In this document: positions 52,442 to 64,000 of the stretch, in pieces
Layout of the letters: each line of letters opens with the position of its first letter
How positions within the stretch are numbered: the first letter of the stretch is position 1
Source: Guillardia theta CCMP2712
Lineage: Eukaryota > Protista > Cryptophyta
Direction of reading: 5' to 3'
Length of the DNA: 64,000 nt
NCBI RefSeq assembly: GCF_000315625.1
Contig: NW_005434618.1
Location: 15,447-79,446, forward strand
Notes under the pieces: generated by a model
Seen by the model: only the letters and a program-made list of their open reading frames with translations
Database searches by the model: none
Told to the model about the DNA's origin: nothing
Made by a program: the position numbers and the translations under genes

Positions 52442-53371
52442 ATGGCTTGGGGCGGATGCCACTTGCGCATACGAGGAGGGGATGCTAGGGAGGCGAGCAA
52501 GAGGCAGCGGGTGTGCTACTCTGGAATGAATGTGAGTAACCAGTCTGCCGAGACTAAAGTAGGAGGAGAGGTCAAGCCTGTAGGAAGAGCTATCAAGGAG
52601 GTAGAAGAAAAGATGAGGGTTGTGGAACGAAACATCCAGGCTGTACTGCTTCAGATCAAACATGAACAGGATCCCACGATGAAGGCCGCCCTTTACAAGA
52701 GACTCGAGCAGCTTGGAGAACGTCAGAAGCAGCTTGGAGAACGTCAGAAGCAGCTTGGAGAAGAAAAACTTATCCTTTTGAGACAGAGCACCGGATCCCA
52801 TGTGCCACCGATTGCTTGGAACGAGTCAGATGCAAGACTGGATTGGATGGGCTTTTGCAACGACAACAAGTACTTTCGTCTCGATGCATCCTACCTACAA
52901 AGAGACGGAGAGCTCCTTCTCTACTGCCGGGAAGCTTTCACGCACCTGCATTGTTTCTTGAGGGAGAGGGTGGTAGAGAAGCAGGCTTTGGGCTGGATCC
53001 AAGGCCCGCCGGGAACGGGGAAGACGATGACGACGCTAGCCTTCTGCTTGTCTCTTGACATGAGGGAATGGAGCGTAACGCTCATCAGGCTGCAAGCATC
53101 CGACGACGCTGATTGCATCCAAATCGTCGGCGGTAAGAGGAGATGGTGCAGCATTCCAAAGGGCTCCTCACGGGAAGGGATCAACAGAATGCTGGAAGAT
53201 TGGCAGGACTACAAGAAGGGTTTTGTGGTCCTGGACGGGTACTTGAGGCATGAGTCACATCACCGTGACTTCTTGGACGCATGTAGGAAATGGCTGCTAG
53301 CTGATCGAGAGAATCGACGGGTTGTAGGGAGGGGAAGGGGTGGGAGCAGCCACTGGGGAAGGAATGGCTGA
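52442..53371 (+). pseudogene. Crinkler/RHS-like effector, N-terminal half (coiled-coil header + P-loop NTPase); 3'-truncated at 53327
   Basis: Coiled coil with QLGERQK heptad repeats; LLLYCR..; GWIQGPPGTGKT Walker A. 53122-53327 duplicates 49438-49643, then the ORF runs into low-complexity DNA. Confidence 0.7.
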
Positions 53372-53761
53372 AGGGAGAGAGCAAGGGAGGGAGAGAGAGG
53401 ATTGAATGTTTGTGGGTGAAGGAGAGGACAAGAAGGAAGGGAGGAAGTAGGTAATGAGTGAGGGATTGAGTGAGGGATTGAGTGAGTGAGTGAGGGAGGG
53501 AGGGAGGGAGGGAGGGAGGGAGGGAGGTTGCGGTGTTCGAAGAAGGGAGGGTGGAAGGGCATGGTGCAGATGGATGGCGAGTTATATGACTGGGTCACGT
53601 AGCTAAGATCACTTTGTTTCTATCTACTCACACTCATTGTGTCTGAACTCTTGTTTTTGCTCAGTGAACGAGGATGGAGGTTGAGAGTGCAATCTCGAAA
53701 TTTGCAGAGACGCTGCGATGAGAGGTGGAAAGGAACTTCAAGAAGGGATAAACTAACCAAG

Positions 53762-55555
53762 ATGCATCGAACAACGAGCGGAGGTAGGAGCTGCAGAAGT
53801 CTTTCTAAGGCGGTTCTAGTGCTGGGCGTTGCATGCTCCTTCCTAGGGACTGCATACTTCATGTACGTCAGTCCCTCCGGCAAGGATGCAGCTCCTGTGC
53901 GCTGGGGGATCTTTGCTAGTGCCGAAAGCACGTCCACAAACAGACAGGCGAGCGGGGAAGCGAACAAGGTTCAAGGGGCCGATCATGGCGAACTGGGAGG
54001 AAGGGATGCAGGGATCTCGCAGCAGAGTCGAACCCTGATGGGACGGAACGTCGATGAGGCCCGAGCGAGGCATGAAGAGCAAGGAGCGTCTCATCATGAT
54101 CGGTGGACGGCTGACCATCTCAAGAACCAGCGCCCGACGTCTCCATCTTCCCATGACGCCGGGCGTCCATCCCAGCAACCTGAGGATGCAGCAGGAGGGT
54201 CGAGGGAGCATGTTGCACCCGTCGAACCTGCTCGTCACCGTGATGAAGAGCTAGCTGCGACAAGGCACGGACAACATCCCCAACATCCCCAGGAGCCTCC
54301 TACTGCTGGAGAAGGAGAGGAGGGGAAGTGTGCTAGTCGGGGAGAAGAGAAGCGCTTTTTGCAGGAGGGAGAGGTGAACGAGCTGGGGGGAAAGGTCGCG
54401 CTAGCGAGCTTCCCCCGCTCGGGGAACTCGATGACAAGGGGCCTGCTGGAGGAGTTCTCCGGGATCAGGTCAGGGAGTGACTTCGTGGACATGTCACTGG
54501 CCATGGCTTACAACGTGATGGGGGAGGGAAGGGTAGACGACAGCGTTTGGTTCATCAAGACGCACTGGCCCAACAAGCCAGGCCCTCCGATCCACATCAG
54601 CCGCGCAGTCGTCATCGTCCGCAACCCGCTGGACGTCTTGGTCTCCTGGTTCAACATGATGGCTACCAACGTCCACAACTACACCCTGCCCGACGAGACT
54701 TTCCAGACCTTCAGCGACCTCTGGGAGAATTTCGTGGAGCACGAGGTTGAGATGTGGTCAGGCTTTCACGACTACTGGATGGCAGTCGACCTGCCAGTCC
54801 TCATCGTGCGGTACGAGGACCTCGCTGGGCCTGCCTCCATGGATGTAGTGGAGCAGATCTTCTCCTTCACTGGGAGGAAGGGCTGCGAGGTGTACAAGAA
54901 GCGGGGAGAGTGCGCGATTAAGGAGAGAGCTTCAGTCTACACCCCAAGGAAGAAGCGGAGCTCCATCGAGTACTTCCCTCCTGCACTGCTAGAGCTGGTC
55001 AAGGTCAAGGCTAGAAGGTGGATCTGCTTGTACGGCTATGGCGAGAAGATTCTTGGCGACAAGTGGCAGGAGGAATGCGCGTCCATCTCTTCCACCTCCA
55101 AGGCCTTCTTTGCAGAGGCAGGCGAAGGTCGAGCGTGCGACAAGGAAATGGCGTGGGACTCATCGAGGATCAACTCCTCCGGCATGATGCTCAACGAGCC
55201 TGACTCCAACATCCTCCGCAAGTACATGGCAAGGGGAGCCGGAGCTGGCCAGAATGGAGTGAAGATGCCCGAGGCATCCGCTCCGTTTCTGCATCAAGCC
55301 ATGATAAGGAGGGGATATCGTCTTCCTCCCCCAGCTTTCATGCATGAAGATCCAGATCGGTTCAGACCCATGCCTGACATGCCCACACATCAGCCCCCGG
55401 GAGCGGGAGCTGGAGCTGGGCACAACATGCAGCACGTGCGTCATGGGGTTCATCACATGCCGGAGGTTCGTCACGATCGCCCTCCCAGCCGCTGGACTAG
55501 ACAACATTATGACGAGCACAGACCAGCTGCCAGATACAGAGAACCTCTGCACTGA
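53762..55555 (+). CDS. Type II membrane sulfotransferase (WSCD/Sulfotransfer_1-like); intronless
   Basis: N-terminal TM anchor and stem; VALASFPRSGNSMTR (5'-PAPS-binding), FIKTH, VIVRNPLDVLVS (3'-PB), IVRYEDL. Confidence 0.85.
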   Translation: MHRTTSGGRSCRSLSKAVLVLGVACSFLGTAYFMYVSPSGKDAAPVRWGIFASAESTSTNRQASGEANKVQGADHGELGGRDAGISQQSRTLMGRNVDEARARHEEQGASHHDRWTADHLKNQRPTSPSSHDAGRPSQQPEDAAGGSREHVAPVEPARHRDEELAATRHGQHPQHPQEPPTAGEGEEGKCASRGEEKRFLQEGEVNELGGKVALASFPRSGNSMTRGLLEEFSGIRSGSDFVDMSLAMAYNVMGEGRVDDSVWFIKTHWPNKPGPPIHISRAVVIVRNPLDVLVSWFNMMATNVHNYTLPDETFQTFSDLWENFVEHEVEMWSGFHDYWMAVDLPVLIVRYEDLAGPASMDVVEQIFSFTGRKGCEVYKKRGECAIKERASVYTPRKKRSSIEYFPPALLELVKVKARRWICLYGYGEKILGDKWQEECASISSTSKAFFAEAGEGRACDKEMAWDSSRINSSGMMLNEPDSNILRKYMARGAGAGQNGVKMPEASAPFLHQAMIRRGYRLPPPAFMHEDPDRFRPMPDMPTHQPPGAGAGAGHNMQHVRHGVHHMPEVRHDRPPSRWTRQHYDEHRPAARYREPLH

Positions 55556-55707
55556 GAGTGACAACCACAACTGATCTCTATGTATGTGAAAGAAAATAGC
55601 AATGTTTATGCATTTGATGAGAGACAACTTGAGAACCATGTGAGATTCAAGTACATCATTCATTGCATGTTTGTGGATTTTATATTTTTTCAAACTATAT
55701 TTCTAAA

Positions 55708-56503
55708 TTACTGGATAGCCTTGAAGTTGAGGAGCTGCTCGATGGTTCCCTGCTTGGTGAGGAGCTGCTGGTGGATCATGCCTCCGAAGGCGATCATGGC
55801 AAGGCGGCCGTTCTTGACCTCGACGAGGCGGCGGCGGGCGAGGGCCTCAGGGTTCTTGCCGCAGCCGAGGGGATCAAATCCAAGGTCACCAGCCTCACGG
55901 CCCTCAGAGAACATGTCTCCGGGGGTAAGCTTGAAGCCGTTGGTGAAGAACTCGATGGCTCCGATGGTGAAGAACACCTGCCAGAGACCGGCAGCGGGGA
56001 CGACGAAGAAGTCATCAACGGGGGTCTTGCCGTTCTGGAACATGGGGAGGTTGACAAACTCCTGGGCGATGAGGCCAGTGACGCCGAGCATGCAGACACG
56101 TCCGTGCTTGAGCTCAGCCTCCCTCAACCACCTGATGTCGATGTAGTTGGAGAATCCAACCGGGTCAAAGCCAACGTCTCCAGCGAGGGTTCCGTCAAGA
56201 GCAGGAGGGCGCTGAAGGAAGGGAACAGCGTTGATGGAGAGGCCCTGAGCGGTTCCGTCACCCCAGAGCTGCATGGAGGGTCCCTTGGAGGCAGCAACTG
56301 TACAAGGAAACCAGTCAGCATCTCTTCAGCGATTTCATGGGATCCTCTTCTCTCCGAACTGAAGAGAGGGTGGAACAACAACAACAAGGAACAGGGATCA
56401 ATCTGCTACACTTACCACGGGCTCCAGCGCGGGGGAGGACGGCGGAGGGAGCGAAGGCAGCGGCGGAGGCCGCGCATGCCGCAACGAGGAGAGCTCTGAA
56501 CAT
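55708..56503 (-). CDS. Chlorophyll a/c light-harvesting protein, Lhcr-type (exons 56503-56416, 56297-55708)
   Basis: Signal ..SAAA-FAP; in-frame intron 56298-56415; [32 protein letters not shown]. Confidence 0.95.
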
Positions 56504-57640
56504 GGCGAAGACTGCCGATTCTCCTGCCTCCTCCTCTTTATATACCCCTGGAAACCCGTAACACCACCACCCCCTCACTTGCACCCCCTTTTCTCCACGA
56601 GAACCCCACCCTCACCCCCTCTATCCCTCCTCTCGCACATATGGAGACCACCCCTCCCTTGAATATTTCACACCACCACCCGCTGATGCCTCCAGACTTC
56701 TCATTTGGGGATACTGGGGGGTACTAGTGTACCTATGACCCTTGTTTTACTGAGATAAATTTGTAGAATTGTACCGGTAGTCAATGTACCCCACCCTTTC
56801 AATCGTGGGTTTCCATCCGATCCTGTCCCACCACATTTTTATGTACCCCCCTGATTCACTCCAATACTACCCCCCTTTACTCTTTTTTTGGGGAGTACCG
56901 TACCCTAAAGAGACCACCTCTTTTCCATGGGTGGGTACTGGGTCCACAGGTGGGTGATTGAAGTAGAAATTGGGGGTAGTGAGGTGGGTTTTTGTGACGG
57001 AGGAAATCCTTTCAGGTTTCTAGGGGGTAGGGGTACTATGGAGTTCTACGAGATGGTGGGGTATCGGAAGACAACAGCTAGGGTGGGGTTCGATTTGATA
57101 AATCGAAGGGGTGGGTCCAAGCGGTCAGAGAGGAGATGAGGGAATATTGGACTAGCAAAATCAAAGTTGGGCCGGCAGGCCCCGGCGGACAGCCGGCGTC
57201 CATAACCGGGCCCTGCACCGATCGGATCAGTAGCGTGGTGCCTGCCCGCCGAACGGATGAGTTCTGGACAGCTTCATCATATCTCGGATGAGGTCCTTGG
57301 GGCAATGAGAAGTTGACCGCCGCGTGACTGCGGCAGTCACACGGCGGAGTGCCAGTGACGGTCAGGCTCAGCGGCGGGCCGCCCGGCCGGGCCGCCGACG
57401 AAACTCGGCGTCCGATTCGCCGAAGTTCGGACAGGCCGCCCCCGGGCCGAGCCGCCGCTGACTTGCCGTGGCAGGAGTTGAACAGGGCGGACTATCGGAC
57501 ACGGTGGCAATTTTACTTCCTGCACCATAAAAATCCTGCCGGTTCCCAAGGAAATAAGCAACAATGGCTTGACTCTGTACTGAGAGCGTTTCGTGAAAAC
57601 TTGCAGAGGCATCCCTCAGTAGCCTGCCGGAGCCACTGGT

Positions 57641-60438
57641 TTAAGCCTGAAACAACATGAATAAACGAAGAAGTCTGAAGGAATTGCCAAATACCTTCTT
57701 CAATGGGGGCTTTTCCACCACCACGTTCTTAAAAGCAGTGCCCGACTCGTAAGACTCAACATACTTGTCGACAGCCTCTTGTCCCAAGCGATGGATGAAG
57801 TCACCGAACCTTTCGGCCTGAACACCTTGTCAGCTCAACAATGTTCAATTTTGTGTTTGTTAACCTGTCCGTTGCGCTGACTCTTCCACATGTACAGAAG
57901 TGGTTCGATGGTGCCCTCAACATCTTCATTCTTGACTCTGTCCTTCCATCTCCATGCAGTGCGGCCATCCTGGTTTGGCGATCCGCCCAACCAAATCTGG
58001 TAGGAATCTCCTCCCATTCCAACGAAAGCCATTTCTGCCATGTAAGGGCGAGCGCAACCGTTGGGACATCCAGTCATGCGCATGACAAAGGACTCTCCAG
58101 GCAGTCCCATCTTCTCCATGAGGTTGTTGATCCTATTGATGTACTGAGGCATCACTCTCTCGGCTTCCGATTGAGCAAGTCCGCAAAGGGGAAATGCAGG
58201 GCACGCAATGCCCTTACGAGTCATGTCGTCAATCTCCTGAATGGATTTGACTCCATGCTCCTTGAGAATAGCATCAATCTTGGCTTTTTCCTTCTCCTCA
58301 ATTCCACAAATCTCGATGTTCTGATGAGGGGTCAATCGGATGTCACACCCGTAGGTGTCAACAATCTTGCGAAGAGCAGTCTTGAGCTTGAAGCTTCCCT
58401 CATTCTTGATACGGCCCTGTTCAACATTCACGCCCAAGAACCACTTGCCATCGCCCTGAGGATGCCATCCAAGCCAATCGACCATCTGCCATTCTGGAAG
58501 CGGGACCCATGGTTGAATCTTCTTGCCAAAGTATGACTCAACCAACTTGCGGAAGTTGTCAACACCGAGGGTATGAACAAGGTATTTGAGCCTTGCGTTT
58601 GCACGAATCTCTCTGTTTCCATGGTCTCTCTGCGCCGCCAAGATCGACTTCATGCACTCAGTGAGATCTTCCTTAGCAATGTAACCAAGATGGTCTGCTG
58701 TTCTGGCGAAGGTGGTCTCCTTGTTATGTGTACGACCCATTCCACCACCAACCATAATGTTGTAGCCCTTCAAATTCTTGCCGGACTCATCCATGATAAC
58801 AACGAGACAGACGTCGTGAGTGTAAGCATCGATGGAATTATCCCCCGGCACCGTCACAGCAACTTTGAACTTCCTCGGCAAATATGTCCTGGTTTAACAC
58901 TAAGATATTCATTTCGACCGTCGATCTTTCCATACCTGCCATACAGAGGTTCCAATTCATCTCCTGTGATGATTCCAGTTCCCTATCGCCGTCTCCTCAA
59001 TTTTAAGCAAAAATAATTGATTATTTGCTTACTGCGTCATGCATTCTGGCGTCATGCATCTTCTTGTCGAGCTCCTCTGTATCCAATCTGTGAGATTCTT
59101 TGTAGCAAATAGAAAGAAGTTGCGCACCGATTGTGCTAGCAACAGGAGGGATGTGGTTGGTTCCAGTGCTTCCCTGAACGAGATCCTTCTTCCAATACCT
59201 GCGCAAAGACTGGTAAACGAAAGGAAGGCATAAAAAAGAAGCTTACTCAACTTCCGCCGCTTTTTCACCATCGAGCCAAAGCTCAGCAAAAGAAGGGCTG
59301 GAAGGCTTAAACCTACAAACTATAAGATGTAAATTCACATAGGAACATCATATCGCACAGTTCTGCGATGTAGTTGGCAGTCTGGAATGCATTCTGATAC
59401 GCTAAAGCATGGTCAGAAATCTGAATTACAAGACAAAATGTTATATGCTGCACACCAGGATCTGAAACCGGTGCTGGAGGAGTCATGACGTTTCTGTTGA
59501 TATCACCACAGCCTCCGAGTGTAGATCCTTTGCAATGAAATAAACACAACTGCGAACTAGCCAAGGAACAATAGAAACCTCCTGCATTGGCAATCGAAGC
59601 AATGACAGTCTTAAGGTCCTTCTTCCTGATGCCATGGATCTGGAAGACTTTGAGCATACGAGCTATGAAATAAGAAGCATGAATTGCAGTGAACCTGAAA
59701 GGCCATGCGGGTGGTTGCACGAAGATCCTTCTGTCCATATTTTTCAGAGAGATCATCGATGCACTGCGCAACCAGTCACGTCATGTCCCTTAAAATTGCG
59801 GACTCCAGGTCGGCATACCTGATACGTTTTGGCGTCAACTTTTCCGCACGGATTCTTGAGCCTCAACATGAACTTTTGGAGGACAAAGAGTTAGGGACCA
59901 AAGGGGCAAAGCACGTCGCAACCTGGTAGGAATCAGCATATCCCTTCTTGTCACTCTTCTGGAGGTCACGATTCTGTTGTTGGTAGCTTCCGTGATGCTT
60001 CAGAATCACAACAGCCTCATCAGAGATATCGATGGATTCCAAATCCGCCATTTCCTGCTTTCATGATCACGACGAGTTCCTAAATCCAAACACCCTGACC
60101 TGCTGAAGCGGACTCTTCAAATGGTCGCCACTGACTTTGATCGCTTCCACTTTGTTTTTGTCCAGCTTGTTGTTGTCATAAGGCAACTGAGTTGGAGCCG
60201 GCTGGCCAGGATTCTGAGGCCCATACTTTTGTCCAGGCGCGAACCACGCAGACAGGTCGGGCTTCGGCGAGGCCACCATTCGAGGCCCAACCCTTCCTCG
60301 CTGACCAGCACGCAAGGAAAACACTGGTCTAACAGAGGGAGCGAAGTAGTTCAGACTGACTGAGTGATATGCATGGGCGCCCAGGAAGAGGGAGGCTGCC
60401 ACGAGCAGTGCTACTGCAGAGGTGATTTTGGCGGCCAT
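57641..60438 (-). CDS. sir: Ferredoxin-dependent sulfite reductase, plastid-targeted; many short introns
   Basis: KVEAIK..S..L..PL; [13 protein letters not shown]; [12 protein letters not shown]; [18 protein letters not shown]; GGGMGRTH; [11 protein letters not shown]; [15 protein letters not shown] (siroheme/Fe-S Cys motifs). Confidence 0.93.
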
Positions 60439-62459
60439 GGTAAAGAGAACCTGAAAACGAAGCGAAGAGAGATCAGTGGTATGCCAGATTGAAGTTCATG
60501 ACTCAATAATTCATCTCAACGGGATTGCCGAACTATCGAGCTCCTCTTACAGTCAGGAATGGCAGAGGCGTAAAACCAATCAAGAGCCGTAACGTGCTAA
60601 CGAGAAGAAAAACTACAAAATTTAGGATAGAACAAGTACTGGGAGGCATACCATGAACTTTCAATCTATGTCTTGAATGTACTTATCTTATTCTAAGCTC
60701 ATGAACTGCCCCCAAATGATGGTTCTGAAGAAAATCCAAATACACTCAGTCCTCTAACCCAACAAGGATCCTCCTGCTACATTGTGAACACTTCAAACTG
60801 TACATAATGGACAAGAAATAGTTGCAAGAATCGAAGACATATACAGTCAGGCGAGATGCATGGTTCTGCTGCCATTGCAAATGGCAACATCCAACGTTCT
60901 GCATAGTTCAACATTGCCTCGAGCCATTTTTTGCAGTGCAGGTTGTGTTTCAACACATGGGGTGGGTATTATACATCGGTCATGAAACCCCTATGAATAT
61001 CGGGGTGGGGTACTAAAGAACAGGGTGGATAATCATACATAACTCTGGCACCGGTTTCTCAGCCACATCTTTGGTCTAGAATGTACGGGTACTAAGAGAG
61101 ATTGTGAAAGTTTACACAGGTGGGGTCCTTAAAATCTGCATTCGAAAGGGGTTGAGGAGGAATGCTAGGGTGGGGTGGGTAGGGTCGGAAGAGGGGGCGC
61201 ATGCACCAGATTCCTTACATCGAGAGGGGTGGTGGGGGAATGACAATGAGGGGAAAGTGCTCTGTGTGGGGGTGGGGGTAGGAGGAGACAGGTTGGCTAC
61301 TGAAGCATGGGTGGGTGGGTCGACAAAGGTGGTGGGTATATAAAGCAATTGTAAGGTAGGTGGTTATGGCAATGTGATGGTGGGGTAGTGGTTTCCGAAG
61401 TGTAAGTAGGACTATATCATTCTTTGTATTGAGGTGCCAATTGAAGAAACTCATACCTTAGAGAATCAATGAAGAAGCCATCATTTCATCACACGGGAAG
61501 GGTCCTTTATGGAAGGGGTAGTATCAACGTGGCAGCCTCCTTTTCACAGAATGCTGAAAACCTACCCACGCAAACTACCCCCACCTGTTCTAATTGTGAA
61601 ATTGTTACCGGTGGTATTTTAGGTCATTGAAATCAGGGGGTGGGGTACATCGAAATTTGAAGGGTGGGGTGGGATGAAGTGGTCAGTACCCGTACGGCTC
61701 ATGTCCCCCAGAGACTCCGGTGAGCGAGGTGGTAGGGGTTGCCCTCTGCAAATATCATTGCGTTACGATTTCAGGGGGTGGGGGTACTATCAATCTTCGA
61801 CATCGCACTATGGGAGCATAGCACCATCTCTGGAGCATTGTCTGCAGCTTATGAAATTGGCGGGAGAAAAGGAGGCCAAGGCGAAATTCGGCTCCATGTG
61901 GGTAGGGGTGGTACAAAAACATTGTTGTTGGGCAATTTTCCAGATTAATAAAGAAAGCGTCTCAAATGAAGTAATTTTGGATGTGAAGGGCCTTACGGTG
62001 ATCCAAAAATAACATTTTAAAATATTAGTAGATGCGGAGATGTCGCGAGATGCAGCCACCTTGCTGCCCTGGACAACTCGTATCTGCGCACCCACATCTT
62101 CAGAAAAGCATTTACTGTCCTCAATGAGGCAGGCTTGCAATGAAAGCCCTCATCCCCCCTCTGACTCACTGAAGATCAACAGGTCAAGGCGGCGGCTCTT
62201 CATTGAACCTTCGTCATGGCGACCTGTAAGTGCAGCTCAGGGCAGGACGATGACGACGATGGCGGCGACGCGTAGAGAGGGAGAGAGGAAGGGATTTGTC
62301 ACCTTGGACGATCCCGTCACTTGATGCCGCTTCATGTTGATCGTACTACCGGGTAGTTAGTACCGTTCTGCTTCCGGATGGACGATGTCGCGGATGGACG
62401 ATGTTGCGATACACTCATTTGATTCATTGTGGTCAATACTATGCTGACGCCATGTTGTC

Positions 62460-63266
62460 TTGACAGATGGATTGATCCATGACGAGGAAGAAGCGGTGCT
62501 GCGGTGTAATCCTACAAACGCAGAGCTGCAGTCTGATGCGGACAGGTCTCGGAGGGTGAAGCTGTTCGGAGCAGCTTCTGCTGCCGTTCTCCTCTCCGTT
62601 GCTGTTCTTCTGGTTGCTCTTCGTTCAGAAACTTCCAAAGAAGTCGTCATGCCGCAATATCAGGTCTACTCTGCTTGAAACACACACACACACCATCCAT
62701 CTGAGTCGGAGCGGCTTGATTGCAGTACACAACCACCACGACAACTGTTTGCGGTTGCTGCCAAGTCATCGGGTGCTACTGCTCTCAGCAGTGCGCCCCT
62801 GGCACTCTAGCCAACGTCCCGAGCATGTCGACTCAACCAGGTTAGCTCTCATCGGCGGAGTGTCAAACTTGTGCTGTCAGATGACCGCCAAGATGCAGCC
62901 ATCACTCCCGACTGGACAGACGTGATGACGGCTCTAACGAGGGAGGTATCTGAGGATACAGCAGAGATAGCGGGACTTAAGGCCACGGTCAGTGAGCCTG
63001 CGATTCCTCCTCCCTGATCAGCTCTTGTTGCACGTGAAGCTGACGTTCGACATTCGGTCCTGCAGGTCATGCGTCTGCAGAACTGGAAGAGGAACGCTGA
63101 GCCTCGCATCCGCTACCTCACCCACGTCCAGCGTTGGATGCGCCATCAGTATGCTGACCACTTCTACGCGCACACCCCCCCGGTGAGATCCAGTCGCCGC
63201 CCTCGTGCTCGTACTTCCTGCTGGTTTCCGAGTGATCAGTGTGCTGATGTTTCCACCGCATTGTGA
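62460..63266 (+). CDS. Hypothetical single-pass membrane protein with Cys-rich segment; multi-exon
   Basis: TM segment (LFGAASAAVLLSVAVLLVAL), then probable exons VCGCCQVIGCYCSQQC and VMRLQNWKRNAEPRIRYL with GT-AG flanks. Ends uncertain. Confidence 0.4.
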
Positions 63267-64000
63267 TACTGATATGTGTACATGATGCGATTCTTTCCTT
63301 CGGTCCTGACCTCTCCGGTTACCCGATCACTCCCCTGTGTGAAAGATGAACTGTCGTTTATCCTTGATTCATCTCGCTGCTGAAACTTGATGACATGATT
63401 GATGGGTCTTGTGAAGTTCATTGCATGTCTCGATGACAGTTTGTAGTGCCTCCTCCTCTTCCTGGTGGTGGTGCTGACATCTCTGCACCTTTTTGATGAT
63501 CTCTGCTCCCCTGAGACATCTGCTCGATCTCAGTCTTGCCAACATAACTGCATTCTCATCCGATGTTCTTCCACAGGTCGAACCTCCAGAGCCTGCAGGT
63601 CTCCCGGACGATGTTGCCGTGACCTCGAACAAGAAGGGGGTCAAATAAAAACAGTTGCAAGCTGAGCTTGAAGTATTCTAGGCTCCTGGGTCCGTGTACT
63701 ATACTCCGTCAACAGTTTGAAATGATGACCCGGCGTACGGCGTACCGTAACCGTTCAACGGTTAGTCTGGGCGGCCCACCGTGTCAGTGTGGCCAGCCCC
63801 TCACCGGCGTGCCACGGTCACCCAGTACCGTACAACTGGCAAGGCCGGGTGACGGTAAGCCCACCGGTCACCGCCCGTGGATTCTTGTACCGGCAGCGTC
63901 CGATCTGCCAGGCTGGCTACTGCCAGGATCGGACGGTCGTTCAGCCGGCGGCAGTGCAAGTGTGCCCCCCCCGGTCCCACTGAGCCCGGGCCAGGCTCCG

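Noticed and set aside
49418-53330. Trans- or back-splicing to join the Crinkler halves (GT at 53324, AG at 49419-49420)
   Set aside because: The sites are weak and the join would duplicate ~68 codons. DNA-level recombination or duplication is the simpler explanation.
55580-56499. Plus-strand ORFs of 188 and 278 aa
   Set aside because: Antisense shadows of the codon-biased LHC gene.

Overview
Eukaryotic nuclear DNA from a cryptophyte alga (Guillardia/Hanusia-like). The evidence is a phycobiliprotein alpha-subunit gene, a red-lineage LHC, several bipartite signal+Phe plastid presequences and GT-AG introns. About 17-18 genes are visible, many split by microsatellite-filled introns, so most ORF-track entries are artefacts. 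In order: IP3-receptor-like channel (partial), CENP-B/Tigger-type HTH protein, long cpeA, PhoD phosphatase, two-domain membrane nucleotide cyclase, FTR variable subunit, an integrase-repeat protein whose repeat domains the ORF track misses, two ABC1 kinases (one with a PCP_red domain), BT1 folate/biopterin transporter, methyltransferase, an inverted pair of GT11-like glycosyltransferases, a Crinkler-like NTPase+nuclease gene split into two halves in swapped order, a sulfotransferase, LHC, ferredoxin-sulfite reductase and a hypothetical gene. The most striking structures: (1) the permuted Crinkler-like locus, bounded by 206-bp direct repeats, whose 3684-bp circularisation would restore a 630-aa ORF; (2) a perfect 79-bp antisense copy of an exon inside the next intron of the BT1 gene; (3) a ~2-kb-arm palindromic gene pair with hypervariable patches; (4) an IP3R-like pore lacking GGGxGD; (5) a cyclase with swapped catalytic halves. 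All family assignments come from motif recognition by eye; no searches were run.
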